A DNA stretch of 64,000 bases from Spirochaetia bacterium (GCA_965203905.1 CBDBDQ010000005.1:64001-128000); one strand, 5' to 3'. Positions 36,869 to 47,289 are shown, counted from the first letter of the stretch. Translations and numbers: made by a program. The notes: generated by a model not told the origin, from the letters alone.

Positions 36869-38527
36869 ATGCGCATTTCGAAGACCATTGCGATTGTTTT
36901 GATTGCCGCGCTGTTGAGCTTGGGCGCGGCCGGGACCGCGTTCGCGGCGGGCGAGGCGGAGGCGGGGGCCTCCGGGGTGGCGATGTCGGCGCCCGGGGTG
37001 CTGCCAATCGTCGAGGAGCCGGTGACCCTGCGGGTGGCGGCGATCCCTAGTGTGACGGTGGAGGATCTGCCCACCAACTACGCTACCGAATGGTTGGAGC
37101 AGCAGACCGGCGTGCACGTGGAGTGGAACGTGCTGCCGCGCAAGGATGCACGTCAGAAGATCAACCTGATGCTGACCAGCGCCACCGACCTGCCTGACGT
37201 GTTCCTGGGCAACGGCGTCGTCACGCCGGAGCAGGCGGCGCTGTACGGCGGCCAGGGGTTGTTCCTGCCGCTGAACGACTTCATCGACCGGTACAGCACC
37301 GAGGTGAAACGGTTCTTCGAGGAGAACCCGCTGATCGAGAAGATCGGCACCTCGCCGGACGGCAACATCTACAGCCTGGGCAACTACGACCTGTGCTACC
37401 ACTGCTACTACAGCCAGCGCGTCTGGTACAACAAGACCTGGCTCGACAAGCTCGGCCTGGAGGTGCCGCAGACCACCGACGAGCTGTACGCGGTGCTGAC
37501 GGCGTTCAAGACCCAGGATCCCAACGGCAACGGTAAGGCCGACGAGGTGCCGTTCACCGGCGCCACCACCGGCTGGAACACCACCCTCGACGGCTACCTG
37601 ATGAACCCGTTCGAGTACAACGACGCCCGCGACCGCCTCTACCTGGACGGTGGCACGGTGGTGGCGGCGTTCACCACCGACGGCTGGCGGGACGGGCTGC
37701 GCTGGATCAACCGGCTGTACGCGGAAGGGCTGATCGACCAGGAAGGGTTCACCCAGGACCAGAACCAGATGAAGCAGGGCGTGGAGGGCGAGACGATCCT
37801 GTACGGGGCGATCGCGGCAGGCGTGCCGGCGGCATTCTCGCTCAACGAGGGCGAGGCGACCAGGAATTTCTACCTGCTGCCGCCGGTGGCGGGGCCGAGC
37901 GGCCTGCGGCGCACGCCGTTCTTTCCGCCGGAGCACGGCTTCCGCAACGGGCGCTTCGTCATTACCCGCGAGGCCGAGCATCCCGAGGTTGCGTTCCGTT
38001 GGGCGGACTACATGTACGCCGAGGAGGCGACGCTGACGCTCTACTTCGGCGAGCAGGGCGTGGACTGGAAGTACTCGGAACCGGGCGAAGTTGGCGTGGA
38101 TGACAAGCCGGCGCTGTTCGAGGAGCTGACCATGGTGCGCGGCGTGCCGGGCCAGAACCAGGCCTGGAGCCACATGTCGCCGCGCCACGCGAGCTGGGCT
38201 ATCATCCAGAGCCGCACCACCAACCCGGACGACATCTGGTACATCGAGAAGCGCCTTTACGACGCCACCAAGAGCGGCCAGGAGCCGTACGGTGCGCCCG
38301 CGGAAATGGTACTGCCGCCATTGTTCGTGTCGCTGACCGACCAGCAGGAGTTCAACGAGCTGCGCACTACGATCAACGAGTTCGTGCGCGAGAACATCGC
38401 CCTGTTCGTGACCGGCAAGCTGGATCCGGAGAGCGACTGGGACGCCTACCTGGCGGAGCTGGACAAGATCGGCATCGACCGCTACCTGGAACTGGTGCAG
38501 AGCACCTACGACCGCGACTACCAGTAG
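36869..38527 (+). CDS. Carbohydrate ABC transporter extracellular solute-binding protein
   Basis: Signal ending FAAGEAE, SPDGNIYSL, WLDKLGLEVPQTTDELY and DPNGNGKADEVP. Confidence 0.93.
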   Translation: MRISKTIAIVLIAALLSLGAAGTAFAAGEAEAGASGVAMSAPGVLPIVEEPVTLRVAAIPSVTVEDLPTNYATEWLEQQTGVHVEWNVLPRKDARQKINLMLTSATDLPDVFLGNGVVTPEQAALYGGQGLFLPLNDFIDRYSTEVKRFFEENPLIEKIGTSPDGNIYSLGNYDLCYHCYYSQRVWYNKTWLDKLGLEVPQTTDELYAVLTAFKTQDPNGNGKADEVPFTGATTGWNTTLDGYLMNPFEYNDARDRLYLDGGTVVAAFTTDGWRDGLRWINRLYAEGLIDQEGFTQDQNQMKQGVEGETILYGAIAAGVPAAFSLNEGEATRNFYLLPPVAGPSGLRRTPFFPPEHGFRNGRFVITREAEHPEVAFRWADYMYAEEATLTLYFGEQGVDWKYSEPGEVGVDDKPALFEELTMVRGVPGQNQAWSHMSPRHASWAIIQSRTTNPDDIWYIEKRLYDATKSGQEPYGAPAEMVLPPLFVSLTDQQEFNELRTTINEFVRENIALFVTGKLDPESDWDAYLAELDKIGIDRYLELVQSTYDRDYQ

Positions 38528-38543
38528 GCGACGCGGGGCATTC

Positions 38544-38690
38544 CGTAAGCCGATATGTCTCACAAGTACGACAGCGATACGTTCGACGCAATCATCAAGG
38601 AGATCGAAGAGACCTATCTCGAATCGGCTGGACGAGTTGCATGTCCGGCTGAGCCGGGAGATGGCTGAACAGGAAACGGACGAATCATGA
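38544..38690 (+). pseudogene. HEPN (HI0074-like) toxin gene 3' relic
   Basis: R..MSHKYDSDTFDAIIKEIEETYL with frameshifts; directly upstream of and overlapping an MNT gene. Confidence 0.7.
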
Positions 38691-39010
38691 AAGAGGTCGA
38701 ACTTCCCGCTGCTGCGCTGCGTGAGTTGGTCGCCGTGTTCAGACGCTACCCCGACCTGGAGCAGGTGATTCTGTTCGGCTCGCCGGCCACCGGCAGAGCG
38801 ACCGAGGGTTCGGACATCGACCTGGCTAGCCGCGGCATCCTGGACCGGCATCGGCTGGGGCGCCTCTCCCTCGACCTGGACGATCTCGCCATTCCCCAGG
38901 AGTGCGGCTTGCTGGCGTACGAGCAGATCCACCATGCCCCGCTGAAGGCCCACATCGACCGGTGGGGGGTTCCGATCTACGAACGCGGAAGAGGAGTAGT
39001 CGAAACATGA
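38687..39010 (+). CDS. Minimal nucleotidyltransferase (MNT antitoxin)
   Basis: VILFGSPATG...SDIDLA...LKAHIDRWGVPIY. Confidence 0.85.
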   Translation: MKEVELPAAALRELVAVFRRYPDLEQVILFGSPATGRATEGSDIDLASRGILDRHRLGRLSLDLDDLAIPQECGLLAYEQIHHAPLKAHIDRWGVPIYERGRGVVET

Positions 39011-39861
39011 AGATTCTGGTGACAGGGGCGAGCGGGTTCATTGGCCGCGCGCTGGTAGGCGAGTTGGCCAAGCGCCATGAGGTGGTGGCACTGGCGCGCG
39101 GGCGCCCGACGCTGGAGGTGCCGGTGGTGCGCGGAGACTTCCAGCAGTACGAGGACCTGCTGCGGCTGGACGAACACCGCTTCGACGGCGCGGTGCATCT
39201 GGGCGCGGTGACCGGCGGCGCGCCGGAGCACACGGCGATCATGGTGAACGCGGTCGGCACCCGTACCCTGCTGCACTACCTGCGCCACCGCGGCTGCCGC
39301 AAGATCGTCACCGCCAGCTCGATTGCCGCGGTGGGGTTCCAGACCAAGGCGTTCCGTCCGCTGCAACTGCCGATTCCCGACGAGCACCCGTGCCTGGACC
39401 GGGACGGCTACGGGGTCTCCAAGTACCTGATGGAGGAGCTTACCCGCTACGTGCAGCGCCAGGACCCGGCGCTGGACATCATCAACCTGCGGTTGTCGTC
39501 GGTGTGCCGGGACGACGCGCAACGCCCGCTGGCGACTCCCGGACCGCTACGGGAGTGGGCGCTGGGCGGCATTACGATGATGACGCTGAAGGACGCCGTG
39601 GCCGCCTTCACCGCGGCGGTGGAGGCGCCGCTGAAGCCGGGCCTGCGTATCCTCAACACCACCGGGCCGCGCGCCTGGGTGGCGGTGCCGACCGCCGAGG
39701 TGCTGAGGAGCTGGTGGGGCGACGAGGTCGACCTGAGCTGGTTCGAGCAGCCGGGCCACGAGTGGGACAGCACCTACGACGTGCGCCGCATCGAGCAGGA
39801 GCTGGGCTTCGTAGCCCGGCACCTGCCGCAACCGCACGCGCCGGCCCGGGAGACGGGTTAA
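39007..39861 (+). CDS. NAD-dependent epimerase/dehydratase
   Basis: ILVTGASGFIG, ASSIAA and YGVSK. Confidence 0.92.
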   Translation: MKILVTGASGFIGRALVGELAKRHEVVALARGRPTLEVPVVRGDFQQYEDLLRLDEHRFDGAVHLGAVTGGAPEHTAIMVNAVGTRTLLHYLRHRGCRKIVTASSIAAVGFQTKAFRPLQLPIPDEHPCLDRDGYGVSKYLMEELTRYVQRQDPALDIINLRLSSVCRDDAQRPLATPGPLREWALGGITMMTLKDAVAAFTAAVEAPLKPGLRILNTTGPRAWVAVPTAEVLRSWWGDEVDLSWFEQPGHEWDSTYDVRRIEQELGFVARHLPQPHAPARETG

Positions 39862-39904
39862 CCGCCGCCGGCCGCATGCCAGCGTCGCCAACGGGATCGC
39901 GGGA

Positions 39905-41308
39905 GTGCCGTACGCGACGCTGAAGTTCGGCGCCGCGTACCGCGACATCACCCCGGCCTACCCGGTGTGGCTGGCCGGCTACGGCGGTCGCAAGGAGCGC
40001 TCGCGCGGCGTCAGCGAACCGATCATCGCCGGCGTGCTGGCCGTGCAGTCCGGCGAGCAGGCGCCGGTTCTGATCGTCACGCTGGACGTGGTAGGGGTCC
40101 CCGATGTGCCTCAGCGCGACCTGCGCGGGCGGATTGCAGCGGCCACCGGAGTGCCGGAGCAGGCGATTCTGATTGCCTGCTCGCATACTCACTACGCGCC
40201 GTCGCTCTGGGTCCAGCGCCTGTCTGCGCCGGTGCTCGGCCTCAACGAGCCTGACACCGCCTACCGCGAGGAGCTGTGGGCCGCGGTGGTCTCGTGCGCC
40301 ACCGAGGGCCTGCAGCGGCTACGACCTGGGCGCGTCGAGATCATGCGCACGCGCGTTCCGCAGGTGCATTTCAACCGCCGTCCGCGGCTGCCGGACGGCT
40401 CGGTGCAGAGCAACCTCGTCTACCCCGCCGACGAGGCCGTCGCCGCCGACCTCACCTTCACCGCGACCGACGACGAGCTGGTGGCGCTGCGCTTCATCGG
40501 GGACGATACCGACGCCGCCGGGGCGATGCTGGTGAACTTCGCCTGCCACCCGGTGACCGGCGACCATCTCGGCGACCGCCAATCGCTGCTCGTCTCCGCC
40601 GACTGGGTCCACTACCTGCGCGCCGAGCTGGGCGCCGAGTTCGGCTGCCCGGCGTTCTTCCTGCAAGGCGCCGCCGGCGACGTGGTGCCGCTGCGCCGGC
40701 TGGGCAAGAGCCGGCGCTGGATCGGCGCCACCCTGGCCCACGCCGTCCTGCTCGGCGAGCGCACCTTCCGTCCGCTGCCGGTAGACGCCGTCGAGGTGGC
40801 GTGGGACGAGCTGGAGGAACGCACGCGCACCCCCACGGCCGAGATCGACACCGAGGCGCGCCTCGATGCCGCCACCGCCCGCCTCCGCGCGCTGACCGAG
40901 AGCGGGGGCGCCTCCGAGGTGGGTTTGCCAGAACGTGCGCAGGCGGCCGGGGCGTGGGACCAAGCGTTGCAGTTCGCCTACAAGGCGCGCCGCTGGCCCG
41001 GCGACCGCTTCACCGTGGCGATCCAATACCTGCGCCTGGGGCCGGTCACACTGGTGGCGCTGCCGTTCGAGGTGCTCGCCGAACTCGCGCTGGAAATGAA
41101 GCGCAGCGACCCGCACGCCGTCCTGGTGGCATATGCCAACGGCTACGAGGGCTACCTGCCGTTCGAGCACGACCTGGCGCGCGGCGGCTACGAGGCGCTG
41201 GACCGCTCCGCGCATATGGCGCCGGGCAGCGCCGAACGCATATTGGCGCGTATCCGCTCCCGACTCGAAAGCTGGCGGCGGCAGCCGAATCGACGAGGTA
41301 CGGGCTAA
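39905..41308 (+). CDS. Neutral/alkaline ceramidase-like amidohydrolase
   Basis: DITP...LAGY, CSHTHYAP, NFACHPV, SADW, QGAAGDV and YANGYEGYLP. Confidence 0.85.
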   Translation: MPYATLKFGAAYRDITPAYPVWLAGYGGRKERSRGVSEPIIAGVLAVQSGEQAPVLIVTLDVVGVPDVPQRDLRGRIAAATGVPEQAILIACSHTHYAPSLWVQRLSAPVLGLNEPDTAYREELWAAVVSCATEGLQRLRPGRVEIMRTRVPQVHFNRRPRLPDGSVQSNLVYPADEAVAADLTFTATDDELVALRFIGDDTDAAGAMLVNFACHPVTGDHLGDRQSLLVSADWVHYLRAELGAEFGCPAFFLQGAAGDVVPLRRLGKSRRWIGATLAHAVLLGERTFRPLPVDAVEVAWDELEERTRTPTAEIDTEARLDAATARLRALTESGGASEVGLPERAQAAGAWDQALQFAYKARRWPGDRFTVAIQYLRLGPVTLVALPFEVLAELALEMKRSDPHAVLVAYANGYEGYLPFEHDLARGGYEALDRSAHMAPGSAERILARIRSRLESWRRQPNRRGTG

Positions 41309-41445
41309 TCGAGCAGGGCCTGGTAGACCAGGTGCGGCACCTTCTCGCCAGTCTGGAGGTGGTCGGCGGGGATGATCTGCGCCATCGTGATCACGAACAG
41401 CTCCGCGGCAACGATCGCCGTGGGGTCGAATCTGGCGTCGCTCAC
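41305..41445 (-). pseudogene. 46-aa ORF, probable deletion remnant
   Basis: GTG overlaps the upstream TGA; reads MSDARFDPTAIVAAELFVITMAQIIPADHLQTGEKVPHLVYQALLD with host-like codon usage. Confidence 0.45.
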
Positions 41446-42473
41446 AGAGCCGCGTCGCATCGTTGGTGGTCGGCGGCGTGCTGGGCCTGCAGCGCCCAGC
41501 GCGATGCGCTCAGCACGTCGCCGCTGCTCAGCGCGCGCGGCGCGCCGCCGGCTATCTCGGTGAGGAAGTCGTCCAGGTAGCAGTCCGGCTCCGCGGCGAG
41601 CGGAGCGAACAGCTCGCCGCTCTCGGCACCGCCGCGCCACAGCCGCACGGCGTTGTCCTGCACCGCCGTCTCCGCCAGGCCGCCGTCGCCGTGGATGGTA
41701 AAGCGCCAGTACTGCGGTACCCGGTAGCCCTGCCCGTCCGGCCCCAGGTAGGAGAGGTCGCCGAGCACGCCGACGCCGCCTTCCAGCTCCAGCATCATCT
41801 GCGCCGCCACCTGGAAGTGAGGGTGCTGCGGCAGCCGCTCGTTCCAGCAGCGCGCCGCCAGCACCCGGCGCGGCACCCGGCCGACCAGCCACGGCAGCAC
41901 GTCGAAGGCGTGGATGGCGATGTCGTTGATGGTGCCGCCGTGCTTGCCCGGCTCGAAGTACCAGCCGGGCCGCTGACCGTAACTGAGCGGGTGCTGCGCC
42001 AGAAAGGTCACCGTATGCACGGTCCCGATCGCCCCGTCGGCAAGCAGCGCACGCAACTGCCGCAGGTTGCCGTTGCCGCGGTTGCCGAGCATGCAGCCCA
42101 CCACGGGGGTGCCCGGGCCGCTGCTCAAGGCGGCGATCCGGTCCAGTTCGGAGAGGTCGACGCAGATCGGCTTGTCCAGCAGCACGTGCTTCCCCATCTC
42201 CAGCGCCCTGATCGCCAGGCCGCCGCGGCGCGCGTAGTAGTCGCCCACCGCCAGCACGTCGAACTGCTCCGGCTCGGCCAGCAACTCTGCGACGGTGCGG
42301 TGGGTGAACTCCACGCCACGCGCATGCGCGGCTGCTGCCGCGTCTGCGTTGTCCTCGGCGGCGGCGACCAGCTCCGCATCGTCGCGCGCGCCCAGGGCCG
42401 CCACCAGCTCGAATATGTGGAAGTGACGCACGCCAGCCAGGGCGAACCGCACCGGTCGCCCGGTGTCAGGCAT
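41442..42473 (-). CDS. Gfo/Idh/MocA oxidoreductase
   Basis: GKHVLLDKP and GGTINDIAIH. Confidence 0.92.
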   Translation of the reverse strand: MPDTGRPVRFALAGVRHFHIFELVAALGARDDAELVAAAEDNADAAAAAHARGVEFTHRTVAELLAEPEQFDVLAVGDYYARRGGLAIRALEMGKHVLLDKPICVDLSELDRIAALSSGPGTPVVGCMLGNRGNGNLRQLRALLADGAIGTVHTVTFLAQHPLSYGQRPGWYFEPGKHGGTINDIAIHAFDVLPWLVGRVPRRVLAARCWNERLPQHPHFQVAAQMMLELEGGVGVLGDLSYLGPDGQGYRVPQYWRFTIHGDGGLAETAVQDNAVRLWRGGAESGELFAPLAAEPDCYLDDFLTEIAGGAPRALSSGDVLSASRWALQAQHAADHQRCDAAL

Positions 42474-43248
42474 CGGGATTCGGGTAGCCGGGCCGGTTGA
42501 AGTATGCGTTGTCGACGAAGCCGCTCGCCGAAGTGACGTCGGCGGCCGCCCAGTGGGTGGCGTAGCCGCGGCGCCAGCGCTGCGACCGGTTGACGTGCGA
42601 GGTGTGCAACGTATGGCTGTGGTGCAGCACCACCCCGCCGATGCCGACCGGAGCGATCGACTCGCGGGTCCCCGAGAGAACGCGCTCGATCACCTCGGGC
42701 GGCGGCACCTTGTTGTGCGGCTCTCCCGGCACCAGCTCGTGCGGCAGGATCGGCTGGCGATGCGAGCCGTCGATGTAGCGCAGGCAGCCGTTCTCCTCGT
42801 CGACGTCGTCGAGCGCGATCCACGCCGTCACCACGTGATCGCCGGGGTCGCACCGGAAGTAGGCGTTGTCCTGGTGGTACGGCTTGGCGCTGCCGATCTC
42901 CGGCGGCTTCATGAGTATCTGGTCGGTGGCCAGCTCCACAGGGGCGCCGATCACCGCTTCCAGCAGGGCGCGCAGCCGTGGATCGAACACCAGGGCACGG
43001 AACCCCGCGTGGCGGGTATAGGGACTGCCGATCTTGCGCGGCGCACTGGCGCCGGATGCGGCGCGGTCGAACAGGTAGTCGCCCACCTCGGAAGCCGGAG
43101 TGCGCTGCAGGTCCCGATAGCCGATCTCCTGCGCCAGCGCCGCGACCTCTGCCGCGCGCTCCACGGAGAATACCCCTTCCACCACGGTCCAGCCGCGTTC
43201 CCAGTAGCGCCGCTTTGCCTCGGCCCAGTGCTGCTCCTGATCGCTCAA
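42466..43248 (-). CDS. Phytanoyl-CoA dioxygenase (PhyH) family Fe(II)/2OG oxygenase
   Basis: KPYHQD, WIALDD, NGCLRYIDGSH and HHSHTLHTS..N.S..WRR. Confidence 0.93.
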   Translation of the reverse strand: MSDQEQHWAEAKRRYWERGWTVVEGVFSVERAAEVAALAQEIGYRDLQRTPASEVGDYLFDRAASGASAPRKIGSPYTRHAGFRALVFDPRLRALLEAVIGAPVELATDQILMKPPEIGSAKPYHQDNAYFRCDPGDHVVTAWIALDDVDEENGCLRYIDGSHRQPILPHELVPGEPHNKVPPPEVIERVLSGTRESIAPVGIGGVVLHHSHTLHTSHVNRSQRWRRGYATHWAAADVTSASGFVDNAYFNRPGYPNPDA

Positions 43249-43252
43249 GCGT

Positions 43253-43612
43253 TCATCCCTCCGATTCGGGCTCCGGAGTAAGGCGGTACCAGAAACGGTC
43301 GCTGATGATCAGTCCGTCCTGAAACGTGAACAGCGCCACCCCCGTGCGATACCGGTGCTCTCCCAAATAGTGGGACACCTCCACCGCGGCGCGGTCTCCC
43401 TCGATGATGATGTGCTCGACCTCGACCCGGAAATCGCTCTGCCCGGCGAGCTGATCGGCCAGGATCCTCTTGTGCTCGTCGGCGCTCTTGCTGCCGGCGT
43501 CGTAGTGCGCATAGTGCGGGTGCAGCACCTCGTCGATCACGGCGAGGTTGCGTTGGTTGAATACCTCTTCATGGAAGCGCATCAACACGGTGCGATGAGC
43601 TTCTACCGACAC
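43253..43612 (-). CDS. SnoaL/NTF2-like (ester cyclase family) protein
   Basis: RFHEEVFNQRNLAVIDE...VEHIIIEGDRAAV...FTFQDGLI. Confidence 0.85.
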   Translation of the reverse strand: MSVEAHRTVLMRFHEEVFNQRNLAVIDEVLHPHYAHYDAGSKSADEHKRILADQLAGQSDFRVEVEHIIIEGDRAAVEVSHYLGEHRYRTGVALFTFQDGLIISDRFWYRLTPEPESEG

Positions 43613-43682
43613 GTGGGCTTCCACTCCATGATGCAATGGTGACACAGCGTCCTCCGCAGTGCAACGTGGCGTGCCCACGCGT

Positions 43683-45137
43683 TCACGCGCACCAGGCGTA
43701 GGGGCCGGGGCCGGTTCTCGATACCAGCTCCGCGATCCGGCGCCGCATCGAGGCCACGCGGCCGGAATGCGCCGGCACCGCGGCCAGGTTGTGCATCTCG
43801 CGCGGGTCGGCGCCCAGGTCGTACAGCTCGTCGATGTCGTGCCGGTTGCGCACGTACTTCCAGTCGCCCTCGCGCAGCATCACGTGCGCGGCGAGCTGGT
43901 CCGGTGCCAGGTTGCCGTGCTCCATCGCCTCCTGGCTGGTGATGCCGGCGATCTCCGCCAGCACCGGGGCCGGCTCCGGCTCGGCGCCGCGGCGCAGCGC
44001 AGCTGCCAGCGACCGGCCGTCCAGCGGCGCGGGCAGGGGCGCCCCGGCCAGGTCCAGAAGGGTCGGCATCAGGTCCACGCCACCGACCGGGAAGTGCACT
44101 TCGCCGCCGGCGGGCAGCCCGGCCGGCCACGCCAGGATGCACGGCACCCGCACCGACTCCTCGTACATCAGGCACTTCTCCACGAAGCCGTGGTCGCCGA
44201 GCATCTCGCCGTGGTCGCTGCTGAACACCACGACGGTGTCGTCGGCAAGGCCGAGCCGCCGCAGATGGCCCAGCAGCCGTCCCATCTCGGTATCGATGTG
44301 GGTAATCAAGGCGTAGTAGTGCGCGAACATGCGCCGGTACGAGCGGTCGTCGAGCGTGCGGGGCGGGATGCGGAACTTCGCATCGTGCTGGTAGCGCGGC
44401 TTGCCGGCCAGCGGGTCGTGCCGGGTCGCCGGCAGGGGCACTTCCTGTTCCGGGTAGCGTGCGAGCAGATCCGGCATGACCATCATCTCCGGGTGCGGAT
44501 CCTTCACCCCGCACAACAGGAAGAAGGGCGCGCCGGCCAGGCCGTCGAGCAGCTCGATGGCGCGGTCCACGGTCCAGGTGGTGCGCTGCTGGCGTGGATC
44601 GCCGATGGTGCCGAAGGGCAGCGTGTTGGGCCCGTAGCGCTGTACCTCCGGGGCGCCGTGGCGGTAGGGGTTGGACACGCCGCAGTCGGCGAAGTAGCGC
44701 ACCAGCGGATCGTCCGGGTCGCGGTGGTAGCGGTAGGTGACCCAGCCGGCGTCGAAGCCGTGCTGCGGGTGCTCGTCATCGCCGAGGTGCCACACTCCTA
44801 CGTTGGCGCAGCGATAGCCCTCAGCCGCCAGCACGTCGCCCATGGTCACGGTCTCCGCGCGCATCCGGCAGCCGGGCCGGTCGGCGCGCTTCGGCCCGTA
44901 GTTGGCCAGTTGCCCGGTGGCATGCGGGTAGAGGCCGCTCAGCCAGCTCGCGCGCGCCGGCGAGCACACCGGCGAAGCGCAGTAGGCGTTGCGCAGTACC
45001 ACCCCGCGCCGCGCCAGGGCGTCGATGTTGGGGGTGTGCACGTAGCCGCTGCCGGTACAGCCGAGCGCATCCCAGCGCAGCTGATCGCACATTACCCAAA
45101 GTATGTTGGGCCGCCGCGCCGCGGCCGGCGACTGCAT
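43683..45137 (-). CDS. Sulfatase-like hydrolase (choline-sulfatase-like)
   Basis: PNILWVMCDQLR, CSPAR, SSDHGEMLGDHG and YEESVRVP; AGGAG before the ATG. Confidence 0.93.
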   Translation of the reverse strand: MQSPAAARRPNILWVMCDQLRWDALGCTGSGYVHTPNIDALARRGVVLRNAYCASPVCSPARASWLSGLYPHATGQLANYGPKRADRPGCRMRAETVTMGDVLAAEGYRCANVGVWHLGDDEHPQHGFDAGWVTYRYHRDPDDPLVRYFADCGVSNPYRHGAPEVQRYGPNTLPFGTIGDPRQQRTTWTVDRAIELLDGLAGAPFFLLCGVKDPHPEMMVMPDLLARYPEQEVPLPATRHDPLAGKPRYQHDAKFRIPPRTLDDRSYRRMFAHYYALITHIDTEMGRLLGHLRRLGLADDTVVVFSSDHGEMLGDHGFVEKCLMYEESVRVPCILAWPAGLPAGGEVHFPVGGVDLMPTLLDLAGAPLPAPLDGRSLAAALRRGAEPEPAPVLAEIAGITSQEAMEHGNLAPDQLAAHVMLREGDWKYVRNRHDIDELYDLGADPREMHNLAAVPAHSGRVASMRRRIAELVSRTGPGPYAWCA

Positions 45138-45306
45138 TGCAGGACTCTCCTGGGGCAGCCGGCGGTTCGACACGCGTTCCGGGGGCGCCGGGACGTTGAC
45201 CCAGGTGGGCGGCGCCGGTAGCGTGGCGTGGCGGTGGGGCTGCCTTGGCTACCCTAACCCACAACTATCCCGGCGCGCCACGGCGCGCGGAACATGAGGA
45301 CAACGG

Positions 45307-46134
45307 ATGTACGACTTGCAGGGTCAGGTGGCGCTGGTTACCGGCGCCGGAGGCGAGCATGGGATCGGCCGCGCGATCGCCCGGCGCTTGGCCGCGGAGG
45401 GAGCGGACGTGGTGGTCAACGACTTCGTCACGCGCCCCTACCCCGACGCCGAGTGGGGCGGCCTCGACGCGGCCGTCGCCGAGATCGAGACGCTGGGCCG
45501 GCGTGCCGCGGCAGTGGTGGCGGATGTCGGCGACCCGCAGCAGGTAGACCGCATGGTGGCCGAGGCGCTCGACAAGATGGGCCGCATCGACATCCTGGTG
45601 AACAACGCCGGCGCGCTCGCCGGCCGCGACCGGGTGCCGGTGGTGGAGTTGGAGGTGGACCTGTGGGACGCTGTGCAGCGGGTCAACGTTCGCGGCACCT
45701 ACCTGTGCTCGCGCGCGGTCGCGCGCCACATGCTGGAACGGGGCGGCGGCGGGCGGGTGATCAACATCTCGTCGGTCGCCGGCAAGCGCGGCAGCCCCCG
45801 TTACTCCGCCTACAATGCCTCCAAGTTCGCCGTGATCGGCTTCACCCAGGCGCTTGCCCACGAGCTCGGTTCGGCGAGCATCACCGTGAATGCGCTCTGC
45901 CCCGGCCTGGTGCAGACGGAGCGGGTTGCGCCGCTCGCCGCGGCCGCGTTCCCCGACCTGGACGCGGAGACGGGGCTGCACAAGTTCGAGGCCCAATACC
46001 AGGCGGGGAATCCCCTCGGGCGCATCGCCGATCCCCTCGACGTCGCCAACGCGGCGGCGTTCCTGGCCTCCCGGGAGGCCGCGTACCTCACCGGCATCGC
46101 GATGAACGTGTGCGGTGGAGTGAACATGGACTGA
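45307..46134 (+). CDS. SDR family oxidoreductase
   Basis: TGAGGEHGIG, NNAG, YNASK and NALCPG. Confidence 0.95.
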   Translation: MYDLQGQVALVTGAGGEHGIGRAIARRLAAEGADVVVNDFVTRPYPDAEWGGLDAAVAEIETLGRRAAAVVADVGDPQQVDRMVAEALDKMGRIDILVNNAGALAGRDRVPVVELEVDLWDAVQRVNVRGTYLCSRAVARHMLERGGGGRVINISSVAGKRGSPRYSAYNASKFAVIGFTQALAHELGSASITVNALCPGLVQTERVAPLAAAAFPDLDAETGLHKFEAQYQAGNPLGRIADPLDVANAAAFLASREAAYLTGIAMNVCGGVNMD

Positions 46135-46155
46135 GTCGAAGACCGGAGGCACTAC

Positions 46156-47289
46156 ATGTACGACCATCTTGCCACCCTCGCCGGCGGCCGCACCGGGCGG
46201 GTCTCCTCGTGGGACACCAGCGGCCGCAACCAGGACCGGTGGCTCCTGAAGCCGGGGGAGACGCGGGTGCTCGCCGACCTGGAAGGCCCCGGCGTCATCA
46301 CTCACCTCTGGTTCACCCAGCGCGACCACTACCGCGAGTGCCTGCTGCGCATCACCTGGGACGATGCGCCCTCCCCCAGCGTGCTGGTGCCGCTCGGCGA
46401 CTTCTTCGGCCTTGGCCACGGTATTGTCAACAGCTACCAGTCGGCGCTGTTCACCGCCTCGACCAAGTGGAACAACCGCTTCAACGAGGGCTGCGCCCTC
46501 AACAGCTACGTCCCCATGCCGTTCCGGCGCCGGGCCCTGGTGGAACTGGTCAACGAGAGCGACGAGGAGCACCTGCAGTACTTCTACCTCGACTACGAAC
46601 GGCTGCCGGAGCCGCGCGCGGAGGCGGGCTACCTGCACGCCGAGTTCCGCCGCACCAACCCGTTCGGCGGCTGGGGACACGAGATTCGCGTCAACACGCC
46701 GGAGGCCAACGTCGTCAACCGCGAGCGGGAGGCGTGGGACAACAACTACGTGATCCTGGAGACCAGCGGGCGCGGGCACTACCTCGGCTGCAACCTGTCG
46801 GTGACCAACTTCCAGGGCACCTGGTGGGGCGAAGGCGACGACATGATCTGGGTGGACGGTTACCGCTGGCCCCCGGACCTGCACGGCACCGGCAGCGAAG
46901 ACTACCTGAACCAGGCGTGGGGCATGCAGGACAACGCCTTTCTGCGCAACGGCTCGTCGATCTACGAGCACAACACCGGCGGCTACCAGACCAGCTACGT
47001 GCTGCACCTGGAGAACCCGGTGCGCTTCCAGCGGGAGATCAAGGTGACCATCGAGCACGGCCACGGCAACCACCTGGCCAACGAGATGGCCTCCACCGCC
47101 TACTGGTACGCCGCTGCACCGACCGCCGCCGCCGCGCCGCCGCTGGTGGCCGCGCGCCTGCCCGTACTGCGCGACAACCAGGGCCGCTGGCTGCACGACC
47201 GGGCGCGCCGCCACCCGGGCCGCGCCGTGCCGCTGAACGCCGAGATGACCGCGATGAAGGCGCGCGCGGCGCAGGCCGCCGAGGAATAG
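46156..47289 (+). CDS. DUF2961 / glycoside hydrolase family 172 protein
   Basis: SSWDTSGRNQD, GPGVITHLWFT, VPLGDFFG, WWGEGDD and HGTGSEDY. Confidence 0.92.
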   Translation: MYDHLATLAGGRTGRVSSWDTSGRNQDRWLLKPGETRVLADLEGPGVITHLWFTQRDHYRECLLRITWDDAPSPSVLVPLGDFFGLGHGIVNSYQSALFTASTKWNNRFNEGCALNSYVPMPFRRRALVELVNESDEEHLQYFYLDYERLPEPRAEAGYLHAEFRRTNPFGGWGHEIRVNTPEANVVNREREAWDNNYVILETSGRGHYLGCNLSVTNFQGTWWGEGDDMIWVDGYRWPPDLHGTGSEDYLNQAWGMQDNAFLRNGSSIYEHNTGGYQTSYVLHLENPVRFQREIKVTIEHGHGNHLANEMASTAYWYAAAPTAAAAPPLVAARLPVLRDNQGRWLHDRARRHPGRAVPLNAEMTAMKARAAQAAEE

